DNA from: Mytilus trossulus | Lineage: Eukaryota | DNA: 64,000 nt | NCBI RefSeq assembly: GCF_036588685.1 | Contig: NC_086386.1 | Coordinates: 25,730,001-25,794,000 of the forward strand | Reading direction: 5' to 3' | Shown here: positions 1 through 12,765 of the stretch, one piece after another | Position numbering within the stretch: the first letter of the stretch is position 1 | Layout: every line of letters starts with the position of its first letter | The notes under the pieces: model-generated | The model's database searches: none | The model's input: only the letters and a program-made list of their open reading frames with translations | Told to the model about the DNA's origin: nothing | Made by a program: the position numbers and the translations under genes

Positions 1-73
1 ATTATTTTATTCATGTAATTGTTTTATTAATAAAAACTGTCCAAACTAAATATAAAATATAGCGATCACTCAC

Positions 74-177
74 CTGACCATAATACCTCCGTGGAAGCGT
101 TGTATTCAGTGTTGTCATTCCACATCCATAATGAACCCAAACGAAACCGAAATCCTAGCCATATATTAAAATTTGAA
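74..177 (-). CDS. CTLD protein B exon 3 (WLG...WMWND)
   Basis: Acceptor ttttag, donor G|gtgagt; 104 nt, phase 2 to 1, open frame. Confidence 0.88.
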
Positions 178-3100
178 CTAAAAATATAATTTTATTATAT
201 TTAGGATGTATAAAGTATGTAGCGAAAAACTAAAAATTCACTGGTAAAATTTGGTCATTTATTTCTTCGTTGTTTTTAGGAAAATAATGATTATGATGGA
301 AAACCTGCCACCAACCGAGGGATACATTTACCGTAGGTTTTTTTTCTATGAATACGAAAATAAAAAGGTAAAATACAAATGTAACTAAATTACCGGACTA
401 AGGGAAAATAGTAAAGGACAGTTCCTATGCAAATGGCAAAATCAAAAGCTCACATCAAACAAACGAAAAACCACTGTCATATTCCTGATTTGTTTTTTTC
501 TGATAAAAAAGGTGTAAATTAAACCTGGTTTTATAGCTAGATAAACTTCTCATTTCTATTACTGTCACAGAGAATTATATAATATTAAAAATAATGTGTG
601 AAAGCAACACACAGACATAATAGGTAAAAATGTCAAAAAAATATGAGTACAGCTGTCAGTATCGTGTTATAATTTGAATCACTGTAAAACAAACAAATCG
701 GTCAACAAAAAAGAACAAAACGCAAAAAAGAAAGACAAGAATACTCAAATTTACAGTAGCACAATAACAAAAAGAACCATATGTATAAAAACCGGTACAC
801 GACAAATTAATAATATGAATTCTAATATGACGTCCTTATTACGCTTTGTAAACAAAGCCGTGTTCTAATGAGCATAAAAAATATGTTTGGCACATGCGCA
901 CGAACTAACTGTGTATATAAACGTTGTTTCCATCGTTATCCTTAAAAATGAATACATTTAAGCAGCTAGCATAATCTTTTATTATATAATTTTATAAAAC
1001 AAAATATACTTACCCTGCACGTGGACTTTAAACTTATCAAATATGAATGGTAATGCACAGACTCCTCGGGGAGGAAACGGGAAAAGCCAAACGTTTTTAC
1101 GGTATATTCTTACGTTTCGACCTATAAAAATACTGCATTTGTCCTATTAGAATCGAAATAATTCCTTCATGTCATGCTCTATGCTCTATTTGACCACATT
1201 TTCGTGTTGAAGATTGTTCATTGACCTTAAATGGTTCACTTTTACAAATTGTTACTTGAGAGTTGTCTCATTGGCACTCAGAACACATCTCCTTATATCT
1301 ATAAACAGCATACTCTAAAGTAATACAAAGATAAATTAAAGATTGCTACAACATTATTAAGATAATAACCAATGTCAGTACCAATAATTCATACTTTAAG
1401 ACCATTGTATGTTGTTTGTTAAATTAATACGGAATATTTATCAACATAGTTTTAATTTAAAAAAAACGATGAACTTTTATCGTAAAAAGGTTCATAAAAT
1501 TTTCGCTCAGACACGTGTTAAGTTTAACCTCATATGAGAAGCAGCTGCAAGCTGAAAAATACCGAATGAGTCGGGAAATGTTTATTTTATATAAAGATGA
1601 AATTTATATATTGCTACAATGGTTGGGAAAATTGATAGTTTCAAAATTAAAACCGTTTCATTTGTCATAGATTCTGATACTTGGTTGCCGCTATATCAAT
1701 TTCGAGTCTCAAATTGAAGCAGAAGAAGCCGTTTCTGTTGTATCTTTAATTTCACGTTTTTGATGACATATTAATTGAATCAAGTCAAATAAGTTCTGAT
1801 TGTTAATCAAAAGAACATTGTCAATATATTTAACTGATCTAATTTCTTTGATCTTCTTGTGTATGATAAGTAACCAAAAGAACTCTGATTCTTTTGAATA
1901 AGAGGAAGTTGACAAGAAGGGGCACACAAACTGTTCCCATAGTAGTGCCGACAATTTGTTTAACAAGTCTACTTACAAATTCAACAAATATGTTGTTACT
2001 TAGAATTTTAGCTTACTTAAGTACTATGTATAACCTATCTGACTTCAATTAATGTTCATAGCTTCAACAAAGAGGTCTCTAAGACTGTGACGTCCTATAT
2101 ATAGCTACTGATGAATTCACTCCCATTGCCTTGAAAGATTACAGGTAGAATTTTAATTCAATCTAATTTTTATTTTGTATAAACTACAAATTGCTCAGAG
2201 TCTGAAAAGACCATATTGTGTGATCGACCAGCAAGGTCGAGCATATATGTTACTTGATAATATTTAACATAATGTGGATAGTTTGTACTAGTATTTATCT
2301 GTAGTAGACTTTTTTTTATAAGTCTGATTCTGTACTTACAAGTTGATAATCTTGGAATAGTCGGAAATAATCTAGACAAATGCCTGATTGGTTTTGACCT
2401 GTCTCGACTAGTCCCGTCTGAGTCTTGCCCATTCGCGACCTATATCGATCAGTCGTGACGCAGTATTGCACTGTCTCGACCAGCCTTTACCTTTAATTTT
2501 GTATGTTTTGGTCTGAATCGGCTCATATAACTCAATCATATATTGATCTTACAATATGTCAAATTGTTTGGTAGTTTGGTTAATAGAATAGCTATCAATT
2601 AAAGGATTTAGTTAATAGATTTAAAAAGGCCTGAATTTTTTATTTGGAATGATGTCAGGTTGTCACTTTGAACACTTTTTCAAACCAACTTGTGTTTTTC
2701 TCAAACTTTATAGCTATCTCAATTATATATTGATCTCTCAGAATGCAAGGTTGTTTATATATTGCTGTAAAACTTAATTTATATGTATACAAAATCAGAA
2801 TTTTCAGTTCGGTCTAAATTAAGATAGTTACCTTTAAATTATTTTACAACTATTCCAAATAAACTTGGAATTTTATAAAATTATATGGATATCTCAGGTA
2901 TATATCCATATTGCTCTTACATAATATAACGTTTTTTTTGTTGTTTGATTTATTATTATTGCAGGTTTTATCAATAAGGTCAAGAACAAAGTATAACGAA
3001 TCTGACAAATTTGTAGTGTATGCACCCTCTAATGGTTAACATGAACAGGATTATGATGGATTAAAAGTATACATAAACTTGATAAAGGCTTTAAATTTAC

Positions 3101-6100
3101 AAAGCTTTAATATGCCACGAGGAAATAAAAATTAAAAGCGACTTAAGGTGGCTCGTGGATACAAAAATTTTAGCAAAAAAATTAAACCTTTTTTTTTATT
3201 ACAAATTTTATTTGTTACACTATTAGTTGTTACTTTATGATATGGTACAAAAAACAACCCAAAAAAATGATTTGGTCTGGCCCCAGATGACTTTAAAAAT
3301 TAAAAAAGGCTCCAAATTATCTCCCTTTGGTGCAAAAATGCCATTTTTTGGCCTTAAATTTGAAATATCTTTTTTAATTCATCGGTGACCTATATTTTTT
3401 ATTATTGTTTTCAAATAAGCTGTACATAAACTAAAATAATTGTAAAATTAAAGCGATTTCTTATATTAGGTTATTTTTTTATTTCGATATTTCCTCTTTT
3501 TCTCCTATTAGTTCAACAGAAAAAAAGGACATAAACAAAAATGTATGCTTCTTCCAGATGCAGGTTTTAGCTTAAATGAACGGTGACCCCATTTTTTTAT
3601 TTCATTTTTCTTTTAAGTATATGATAAAGTTCATTTATGAAAAAATATAGCGAAATCCTATATTAGAAAACAAAAATCATTTATACAAGTTCGAGAAAAT
3701 TTGCATATAGGCTATTTTTTACCTGATTAAATCAAATATGTAATAAAAAATATACCTGCATGTGCTACTTTTTGAGTAAAATGAGGTAAAAAATTTGTAT
3801 ATTTGCTCAAAATTCAGATTTGTGGCCGTAATTTCTTTTTCGAAAGAAAGGCACAACTTTTTTGTTATGAAAGATAAACACAAATTGTTTATTGTTAGAT
3901 AATCGGTAATTTCTGTTTTTTATATGTATCCTATAAAAATTATGCATTTTCTAATCAGAAATAACTCATATTTATCAAATGTTCATGAATTGAGGAAAAT
4001 ACGTAATTTTTTGCTGCATGTTTTTCAAAATTTAAAAAAATCCTCTATTTACAGTTCTATAAAATTTGGGTCACATAATCTCCCTGCAAAATGAAACAAA
4101 TTGCTGTTTTAAAAAATATGGGTCCATGAACTCGTTTTCAAATTAAATCAGTTTGAATGATAAAAATCATTTGAAAAATGCATCTTTTCCCGATATGTCA
4201 CAGTTTGAGGTCGCGTAAATGATATTTTACGTTAGCAACGTAATTAATTCCCCTGTAACTGTATCGTAAAAATGTATGCCCTTAAGCTTGGGATATCCGT
4301 CGACGAGACAGCATCATAGAGAAATAAATAGTCAAATGACATAGAGAGCACCATATAGTCGTCAATAAAAGACAAAGTGTCTGATCAATATGCAGTACTA
4401 ATACATGAAACAAAACAAAAACCATTTTAAACATTTTAGTTATGTCTCCGACTAAGAATTAGCGAATTGAGATTTATTGCAAACATAGAAGAGGTGTATA
4501 CTACAATCGTCAAAACATATCTTTCAATCCTTACTACTTTTTACCTTTTGGCAAAACAATTGGCAGGCAGATGGAAGTTGACGAAACGTAGGTGTTATTC
4601 AGATTTATGGGATGGTATATGTGACATTGCCGGTGTTTGGTCTATATTTCTTTTGCTTTTGGCTACGGAAACTTGGATCTTAGTCCGGGTAAAATAAGTT
4701 TACATTGATAGATAAATAAAATAAAATATATCATTGTCATATATATTCATTCTGATTTAGGTTTGTACTTACTACGTTGAATTGATGAATTCTACCTCTT
4801 GTCTTGTTTTGGGCATTACCAATGTTGAATTGAGTGTCTCATTCGTGCATATTGTTTGTCCTTCTCCATAACTAACATCCTCATCAGTGACTTTATAACA
4901 TTTTGATCCATTTAACTTCCAGTCATCACCTGGACAGAGGAGGATACCTGAATATTACAAAAAGAAGATTTATGTAATATAAATTTTCGTGAAAACAACT
5001 ATGGGTAGTTTAAGTCAAAGTACGCTTGTAATGTAAAGTGTTCATGAAACTTGTACATGTTGTAACAGATTCATTGACCCTATATGTACTAGCCTGATAC
5101 GTTTTGTGTATTAAAATATTTAGTTGACAGTAGTAGTTCTAATAATAAATTTGACAATAATATATGTCAATTATGGTATAAATTTCCTCAGAGCATATAC
5201 TATGCAGTTGGGATAAAGTTTTTACTCCTAATTGTCTGCCAAAGAAATGTATCAAACCGTTCTATAACAGATCAAGGGTAGAAATCTCCAAAACTATTTT
5301 GGCTACAGCTGTTAAAAACAGTTAAAACCATACAAGTTTGATATTCCTTGTAAATCATATTTTAAATAACGCGGATTCGCTAGTACGACAATACAAAGTG
5401 TTGGATGTATCTCAAACAAATTTCCCTATTTTATTTCAACCGTAAGCGCTAACTGCTGTGTGTAAAATCGAAGTATTACTTAGACCCGAGATTCAAAACT
5501 TTGTATCGGCTGTTTTTTCGTTTAGTACACATAACAAGTATTGCAAACAAATGTCGACTCCCGAGTCAAAATTATGCTAGCCTTTGCTCACAAGGAACCG
5601 CTATTTTTATATGTTTAAAAACCTGTACCAATCAGATAAAACCAATATGTGTCCGATAATTTTATAAACAAGGAACCTATACAAATATGTCATGAAACGT
5701 TATGAAAGTAATTACTAAGTAAAGATAACATTTATTATAGTGATATTAGTAACGTATAATACAGCTACTCTATTTAAACTCAATGGTTCCTTGAGTTTTA
5801 CATATAGCTCTGAACACATATGGTCGACGTTGAAAACCTTCCGCTTACTATTAAAGTGACAACAGAAGATAATAAAAGCATGTGATTTGTTATCACTATG
5901 ATTCATTTAACTTAGTTGGTATGTCTAACATAACAATCCCAAATCATTTTTTTTACACTCATCTTATTGTACCAATCGAAGATAAGCCAACGAAAGAAGC
6001 ATTTGTCATCCAAACTTTTTGATACCCAAAAAAGTAGAGCGTAAAAAAGTAAAATAACAAAAAGATAAAACTCCTAGGAAAATTCAAAACGTAACGTCTC

Positions 6101-8485
6101 TTATCAAATAGCTCATCAAAAGCTAAACACATCAAACGAATGGGAACAACTGTGTATTCCTGACTTGGTACAGAAATGTTATGTATGTAGAAAATAATAA
6201 GTAAACTTGGTGTTATAGCTAGCTAAGCGTGTTATGTGTATGACAGTCGCACACAATTTCAAAATATTGATTACAACGTGAGAAATATAATAGGTTAAAA
6301 TATCAAAAGTAGGGGCATAACCGTCAGCAGTGGTTTTTTTTATTTTAATCAGAATTAAACCAAAAGTAAATTTATTTGCGAAAAAATATTTATTCCGAGA
6401 TAACTGCAATGCATTTGTAAATCACATGAATACATAAAACATATTGATCAAAACTTGATTAATATAACATATGGAACGGGGACCAAATTATTTCTAAATT
6501 TGAGAGGCAGATTTTCGCCAATATTAGTCTAAAAAAATTCAATTGCGTTTTCATAATATGAGCCATCTTCATTGTTTCTTGGAGAATTCTTGGATGTTCG
6601 AGACCGACATTATAGAAAACAAAACTAATTTGTTTATCCAGACCGTAATTTTATTTTTTTCCTGTTTAAAATCGAAAACAAAAGATTTTACCTTTTACTC
6701 AGACAATCATCCACTCTATTGGTATAACTTACCCTTGAAAGGAACTTGGCCTACTTATTTCCTCCATTACTTTAATGATCTTCCATGCAATTTGATCTAA
6801 AACGAGGGGCACATTTTTTACCCCCCCCCCCTTAATTTAAGACTGCAACATTGCAATTGCATTCTCATATTAGTATCCTCCTTCATGGTTTCTGAGGGAA
6901 TTCTTGATGCGGGCACGACTTGTATTTTAGAGAGAAATGTTGGTTTGAGTATCAATAGGATTATTTTAAATCGAAATTAAATAGTAGATCATTAACTCTA
7001 ACATTCATCTACCCTATACATTTCAGAGTCACTTAAAATTTAGATAAACTGATAGTGTAATAAAACAGTCTGTACATATTTGAAAAATAAAAAAAAAAAA
7101 TCACATAATTTTCATCTCGGTACTTTCGCCAATTTATAAGATGATAGATGTATTATCGGACTTCATTCGTGGGTACTAGACTTGGATCCTGTAACTGGGA
7201 TATTATTCCCTATATTTGCAAGTACAAAATGATATCCTACCTCATTACTTTAATTTTATTCAATGTTCAAATATTGATACTCAACCCACAAATTGACTGA
7301 AAGGGCATTTTATATATAATGAAGTTTTTCTAATAAAAGATCATAGTTCACAAAACATTTTCTTTTATGAAAACGATTGATTGATTTTCTGTTGGTTGTG
7401 AAGATGATTTGAAAGAATATTAACAGATTTGACTAACACGGGTTCTTTAAATCATGCGACGTGAGTTTGTCATTCTTATTATACGCTATATACCGTAGAT
7501 TGCAATGAAATCAACCACACATTAGAACGGTTGTTGGTTTTTTTTCTTTCTTCTAGCTTGCTAAGATTTGAATATGTTAATTAATCAAGGTATAAATGTT
7601 TATATATTAAACAAGTTTTACGAAATTCTTTGAATCTAAGATAATAACAGGGCATATGCGCATATATGTAATGTATACATCTTTAAGTAAACATAAATGC
7701 AAACGTTGACTTATCTGGGTGCTTAAGTTAGTTAGATTTGGTAACTCATGATGAAAATGATAAACATTTCTAAATGATGTACATGATATATGTCTTCAAT
7801 ATAACCAAAAAAAATGTAGAAATGCAATCATCGCTAGAAATTTCGAACTTAGCAAGGACGCTAGAGAAACAGTTGAATGTAAAACAATAGTTTTGAAATT
7901 GACTAAGTGCTATAGTTCTAAATTTAAGTTTGTGTTGCATACTATTAAGAAACTGAATAAAACTAACAATTTAATTCTTTGAGCAGTTGTATTATTTGAT
8001 CGTGGTATAATAAAAACCTTAAAACTCCATCATTTTTCTATGCAGTTAATTCATTTTCATTTTAGTATTTTTAAAATCATACATAACCCAACGATAACAA
8101 TTATTTTCACGTTATTTGTAATTAAAAACAGAATTAGATTTGATTTTCAACTCATTAACATATCTGTTTTACATAAAAAAAAAAATACTTTGCTAGCTAT
8201 TTTATGTAGTTCATCTATTGTTTATATATTTATCAGTTCAGCTATAATGTTTTTTTATTATTTATTTCCTTATATACCAACGTTCAATTTAGCTTGCTGG
8301 GTAGGTATTATACTAAACATACTCTAAAAATAACATTTTCTTCATCTTTTAATATAAAACAGTTTGTCAGAAATTGTATTTGGTGCACCATTTGAATATT
8401 CTCAGACGTAAAATATATAAGTGCATACCATACCTTTCACCAGCCCGGGTCCAAAGATACTCCAAAGCAAAAATTGATGCAACAT
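74..8485 (-). CDS. C-type lectin domain protein B (5' part; exons 8434-8485, 4773-4947, 74-177; continues beyond window start)
   Basis: Three GT-AG exons join in frame (phases 1, 2, 1): MLHQFLLWSIFGPGLVKG/ILLCPGDDWKLNGSKCYKVTDEDVSYGEGQTICTNETLNSTLVMPKTRQEVEFINSTY/SNFNIWLGFRFRLGSLWMWNDNTEYNASTEVLWS(G). This is a signal-like leader plus CTLD motifs C-P-x3-W-x6-CY, C, WLG and WxWxD. Confidence 0.88.
360..830 (-). repeat. Interspersed repeat family T2 (3' end of a Penelope-like element; degenerate twister module)
   Basis: Reverse-complement similarity to 62465-62709; further copies at ~6040-6330(-), 21290-21505(+), 28320-28625(-), 40200-40470(+) and 46960-47080(-). Confidence 0.75.
1540..1970 (-). 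mobile_element. Degenerate Penelope-like reverse transcriptase fragment
   Basis: Translates KYIDNVLLINNQN...EIKDTTETASSAS (decayed YIDD region) then IYDK..FNFE.INFP; second copy at 29360-29870. Confidence 0.75.
3147..4281. mobile_element. TTAA-flanked non-autonomous DNA transposon remnant(s), Kolobok/piggyBac-like, probably composite
   Basis: ttaa|GGTGGCTCG at left and ATGCCC|ttaa at right; the ends do not match each other well. Confidence 0.45.
4773..4947 (-). CDS. CTLD protein B exon 2 (CPGDDWKLNGSKCYK)
   Basis: Acceptor attcag, donor gtaagt; 175 nt, phase 1 to 2. Confidence 0.9.
8434..8485 (-). CDS. CTLD protein B exon 1 (signal peptide)
   Basis: ATG...AAA G|gtatgg; MLHQFLLWSIFGPGLVK resembles exon 1 of gene A (MLRVLLRISLLGPLLVT). 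Confidence 0.8.
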
Positions 8486-9795
8486 ACTCACTACACTTTG
8501 CTATTCTACGGTCAAATGAGCTGTGCATTTGAATATAACGTTATGTTAAGGCGGAGTAAGCTTGCCAATCATAATAAATCATTATTGATAACAATGTACC
8601 TTTTTGTCAAATAGCCAGTTGATGAGTCTTATTCAAAACATGTAATCATTTTACTACTTTTTTAAATTAAATGCTTGCAAATGGAGCAAACAGAGAATAT
8701 CAATTTTTTAAACTGTGTTTTGTCCTGCCTGAGATAAGATTAGTGGATGAAACCGAGGCGACAATAAAAAAGTATAGACTGAAATGAAAATCGCTATGTC
8801 AAAACGTCAAAACGTAATGACAACAAATATACTATCAAGTCCACAGATCCCAACAGAGAAAACTAAAGACTAAGAAACCTGAACCCCTTTAGTGGATTTC
8901 TGTGAAGGCATATTTTGTCACAATCGACGACAAGATGATAGGAATATGATTAAGACAGATAAATCATATTCGTTGTTCTGTCTGACACATAACGATTACG
9001 ATCAACAAACCAAATTCTTTTCTGGAAAATGATCGAAGGATGTAAATAAAACTACACAAACTATTCTTTTTGCACATTCCAAATTTCCTTTCCCAATTTT
9101 ATTTACCACTTTGAAACCTCTATGTAATACGTTCTCGTTCCCCTCACAAGGAAATAATAATAGGACACTCAAAACTCCAAAATATCGTATCAACGTGAAG
9201 ACATATATTCTCTATATGCTATCTATGCTGTTGTTTGCATTTTTTTGTACACTCGCATGACAAGCAACAATGGTTACAATGAAATCACTTTTTTTTGTCT
9301 TCGGCAGTAGTTCCCAAAATTGACGTTATCGTCATATCGCCTTTAAAATTGTTATATTTAAACAATCGTATATAATATGTGACCCTCATTACGAACTTTT
9401 ACGTTAAAGTCAAGTTACGGTGCAGACCTAATTTAATATTTATTGAGTATCTTTATTTCAAGTTCGATGGGTTAAATGTTGTAAACAACGTCAATAAACT
9501 TTGAATAGTTAGTGCACAGTTTGAGCGGATTGTGATTATGCCAAAAGACAAAAAACACCTTTTGCCCAAAGCTGAAGGTAATCATTTTGAAATGCTTTCA
9601 ACGATGATTTGCGACAACCCTTTTTGAATGATAAAATCATAGCAATAAAGAAGTGTATTTATGTGCATCATGTATAAACCTATTTCAAATTAAAATCTTT
9701 TTAATCATTGATAGGTTTTTCACGATTATTCAATACGATCATAGTATCATTTTAAGGAAGAAAAAATAATACTGGATAAAAGAAGGAACAAAATA

Positions 9796-10012
9796 CCGTA
9801 TAGCGGGTTATTTTCGCGGAGTGTTAATTTTCGCTTATTTTCGCGGATAGAACAAAATCGCCAAAATAAATTCCGCCAATTTAAAAGTGTACATGCAAAG
9901 GTAATGTTAAAAATGTTGAATCCGCCAAAATAATAACCGCCAAAATTTTTCATATACCTTATTCAATGAAAATCGCGAAATTTTACACCCGCGAAAATAA
10001 CCCGCTATACGG
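9796..10012. mobile_element. Tc1/mariner-type MITE with TA TSD
   Basis: TIR CCGTATAGCGGGTTATTTTCGCGG / CCGCGAAAATAACCCGCTATACGG flanked by TA; internal CCGCCAA repeats. Confidence 0.9.
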
Positions 10013-10014
10013 TA

Positions 10015-10452
10015 TATCAAAGGGACAGTCAAACTCATAAATCTAAAACAAACTGACAACGCCATGGCTAAAAATAAAAAAGACAAACAGAAAAACAATA
10101 GTACACATGACACAACATAGAAAACTAAAGAATAAACAACATGAACCCCACGAAAAACTAGGGGTGATCTCAGGTGCTCCGGAAAGGGTAAGCAGATTCT
10201 GGTCACATTCATGAAAGGGAAATGGATTGTAGTTACGACCTAAGGGACATATCCGATATCATTTGTGAAACGGTTATTCCATAACGGTCAACCAACTCGT
10301 GATGGCGTCCGTAAAATTTACAAAGGGATGATTCCAACTTCACCATTTGGAACTCTTGGTTTAATAGCTTCCTTGTAAGCAGCAACACTCTATCAAGAAA
10401 ATCATGATAGGAAATGCAAGCACCGGAATATCGTATCAATTGGGAGATATAT
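10015..10452 (-). mobile_element. Penelope-like retroelement 3' fragment (family P1), continues at 13292-13335
   Basis: YISQLIRYSGACISYHDFLDR...KFYGRHHELVDRY RT C-terminal region plus 3' UTR; same family as 20400-21052 and 33480-34016. Confidence 0.8.
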
Positions 10453-11142
10453 GGTCCGTGTAACACTTATCAATTCAAAGTTTTTAAAAGTTTTGAAATT
10501 TTAGATTTTTGGAATTTTGATCAAAGTTTTAAAATATCAAAATTTCAAATTGTGTTAAAGTTTTGAAATTTTGAAATTTTAACCAAATTATTAAAATATC
10601 AAAACTCTAAATATCGTTTATAAATTTGATATTTTAGAAACTTGATCAAACTTTTAAAATACTAAACCTAACGTGCAATTTTGAATATTTCACTTTTTGA
10701 AAGTTTAATATTTTAAATGTTTGCTTAAAATATCAAAAATATAAAGGGGCGACAAGAGGGGAACCTGTAATTACTGATGTAAACACGGCTCTGATAAGAA
10801 CTATTCTTAGTTATAAATAAATAGCATGAAATATATCAAATCATTCTTAATAACAAAATAAATAATGAAAAGAAGAAGTCGGGTTTATGAAACATATTAG
10901 ACATCACATGGGATAACAGTATCCTGAAATTTTAAGGTTGTGCATCTTTCAAAAAAAAATATAATTAAACCTATTTAAACCAGAATCAACTACGTTGATT
11001 TAAATCTCTTATATAAGGTTTAGCGTTTGAGATACATAATTCAAAGCTATTTTGTTTTCCCAGTGCCCAACATTTAGAAGTATCAGTGAAAAATTACCAA
11101 CTCGAAGTAAACCATATACATGTAGTATTATTCGCCTTTTGA

Positions 11143-11183
11143 CGTTCCTGATGAAGGTAGATCCAGAAAAAGCGCTTCGGTCG
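11143..11183 (+). ncRNA. Minimal hammerhead ribozyme-like motif (family H3, imperfect)
   Basis: cgttc-CTGATGA-aggtagatcca-GAAA-aagcgct-TC-ggtcg; decayed copy at 52667-52707. Confidence 0.5.
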
Positions 11184-11339
11184 CATACAACTTAAAACGT
11201 TTTCCCTTCTTGTTTGTCGATTGCAAAAGCCATGATGATAATTTATTGCCTTTTATGATTTATTTCAGTTCCAAGAAATGATACGGAAGAAATACTTAAT
11301 ATATAGCGTTGCAATGAAAGTTGTGCTAGGTGTGTTTCA

Positions 11340-11770
11340 GCTGGCCCCTAGACAAAAAAATGTACTGGTTCAGTGATTATAGACGTAATACTAAACTCCG
11401 AAATATAACAATGAACTAAAATCAAAATCATACAAGACTTAGAAGGACAGACAGAGGCTCCTGGATTGGGACAGGCGCACAAATGCGGCGGGGTTTAACA
11501 TGCTTCGTGAGATCACAACCCCCCCTCTATACCTCTAGCCAATAAAGAATGAAAAACACACAGTAATACGAACAGTAAAACACACTTTAATAGGAAATAC
11601 AAGTCCTATGTCAAAATAGGAAACAAACTAAGAAACTAATCAACATGACAATGATAATAAAATAACAAAGGACTACTATATATATAAGGCTAGCAGTTAC
11701 TATCATACGCCAGCTTCAAACCTCAACTTATAAACTAATTGAAAGGTTTTATATGTCTTCATCATGCACA
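11340..11770 (-). repeat. Family T1 fragment with degenerate twister (11452-11540)
   Basis: Reverse complement of ~15020-15430. Confidence 0.8.
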
Positions 11771-12409
11771 CTCTCTCCCTGTTGCATTTATTGCTAATTT
11801 GTTCCGGAACAAAAAAAATCGATAATTTAAAATAGGTTGTTTACATACAAATTACGAAGAAACGTAAGATTCAACTTCCGAGGACAAAGTTTCCCTTATA
11901 GATGGATTTAAATATGTATTAACTTCACATTGGTCAAACACCTCTTTAATTGTTTCGTTCTTATTTTTCTTGAATTTCAAATTTCAGTTTCAGCGTTCCG
12001 TAGGTGAATTCTTTACTTAAAATTCAGCGTTTTACATTGTACTGGTTTTTCGAGAGCAACATAAGTGTACGGCCAAAAATGGAAAAAAATCCATCATGCA
12101 GCTGACAGTGTGGCTTCTCTTTGCACGCCCCATTCTGACTAGATGTACATGTGTACTTTTAGTTTGCTCAAAGTCGATTGTCGTACGATAACTTAAAAAT
12201 ACCAAAATAACAAAATGCAAATACGGGACAATAATATCCTTTAATACAAAAAAATCTATTTTAATGTACCATTATCGTAACCCCTAGTGGTAATATCAAG
12301 TAAAAAAACAGGGACTATCTAAATATTGGTTCCCCAGAAGATTACCATTTATCGCTGATAGAAACTTTTGAACACAATTTTCAACTTTCAAAATGCCGGC
12401 ACCTACAAC

Positions 12410-12513
12410 TGGGTGCTTAATGTAGTACAGCGGCAACTATTACATAAGCATGAATGCAAGTTGGGTGCTTAATGTAGTACAGCGGTATCTATTACATAAA
12501 TATGAATGCTCGT
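12410..12513. repeat. Two-copy 52-bp tandem repeat
   Basis: TGGGTGCTTAATGTAGTACAGCGG at 12410 and 12462. Confidence 0.9.
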
Positions 12514-12624
12514 GAAAAAAATGTTTATGGTATACGTTTATATATGATATGAAAGGTTTCAACTTTTACAAAACCAGAGCTATACTTTGGATTTAAAAGT
12601 TTACTTTATACATGTTATATGGCC

Positions 12625-12765
12625 TTTTCAATTTTATTTGACTTTATTTGCCTTTTTAACTTCATTTGGTTCGAGTGTCAATGATAAGTCTTTTGTAGAC
12701 GAAACGTGCGTCTGGCGCAAAACCCGGCAAAATTTATATTCTGGTATCCATCTATGATGAGTTTC
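12625..12765 (+). repeat. Hammerhead-bearing repeat H1, catalytic core mutated
   Basis: ATGATAAGTCTTTTGTAGACGAAACGTGCGTCTGGCG compared with the intact copy at 30424. Confidence 0.75.

Noticed and set aside
12410-12513. Direct repeats resembling a CRISPR array
   Set aside because: Only two units, the 'spacers' are also near-identical, the context is eukaryotic and there are no cas genes
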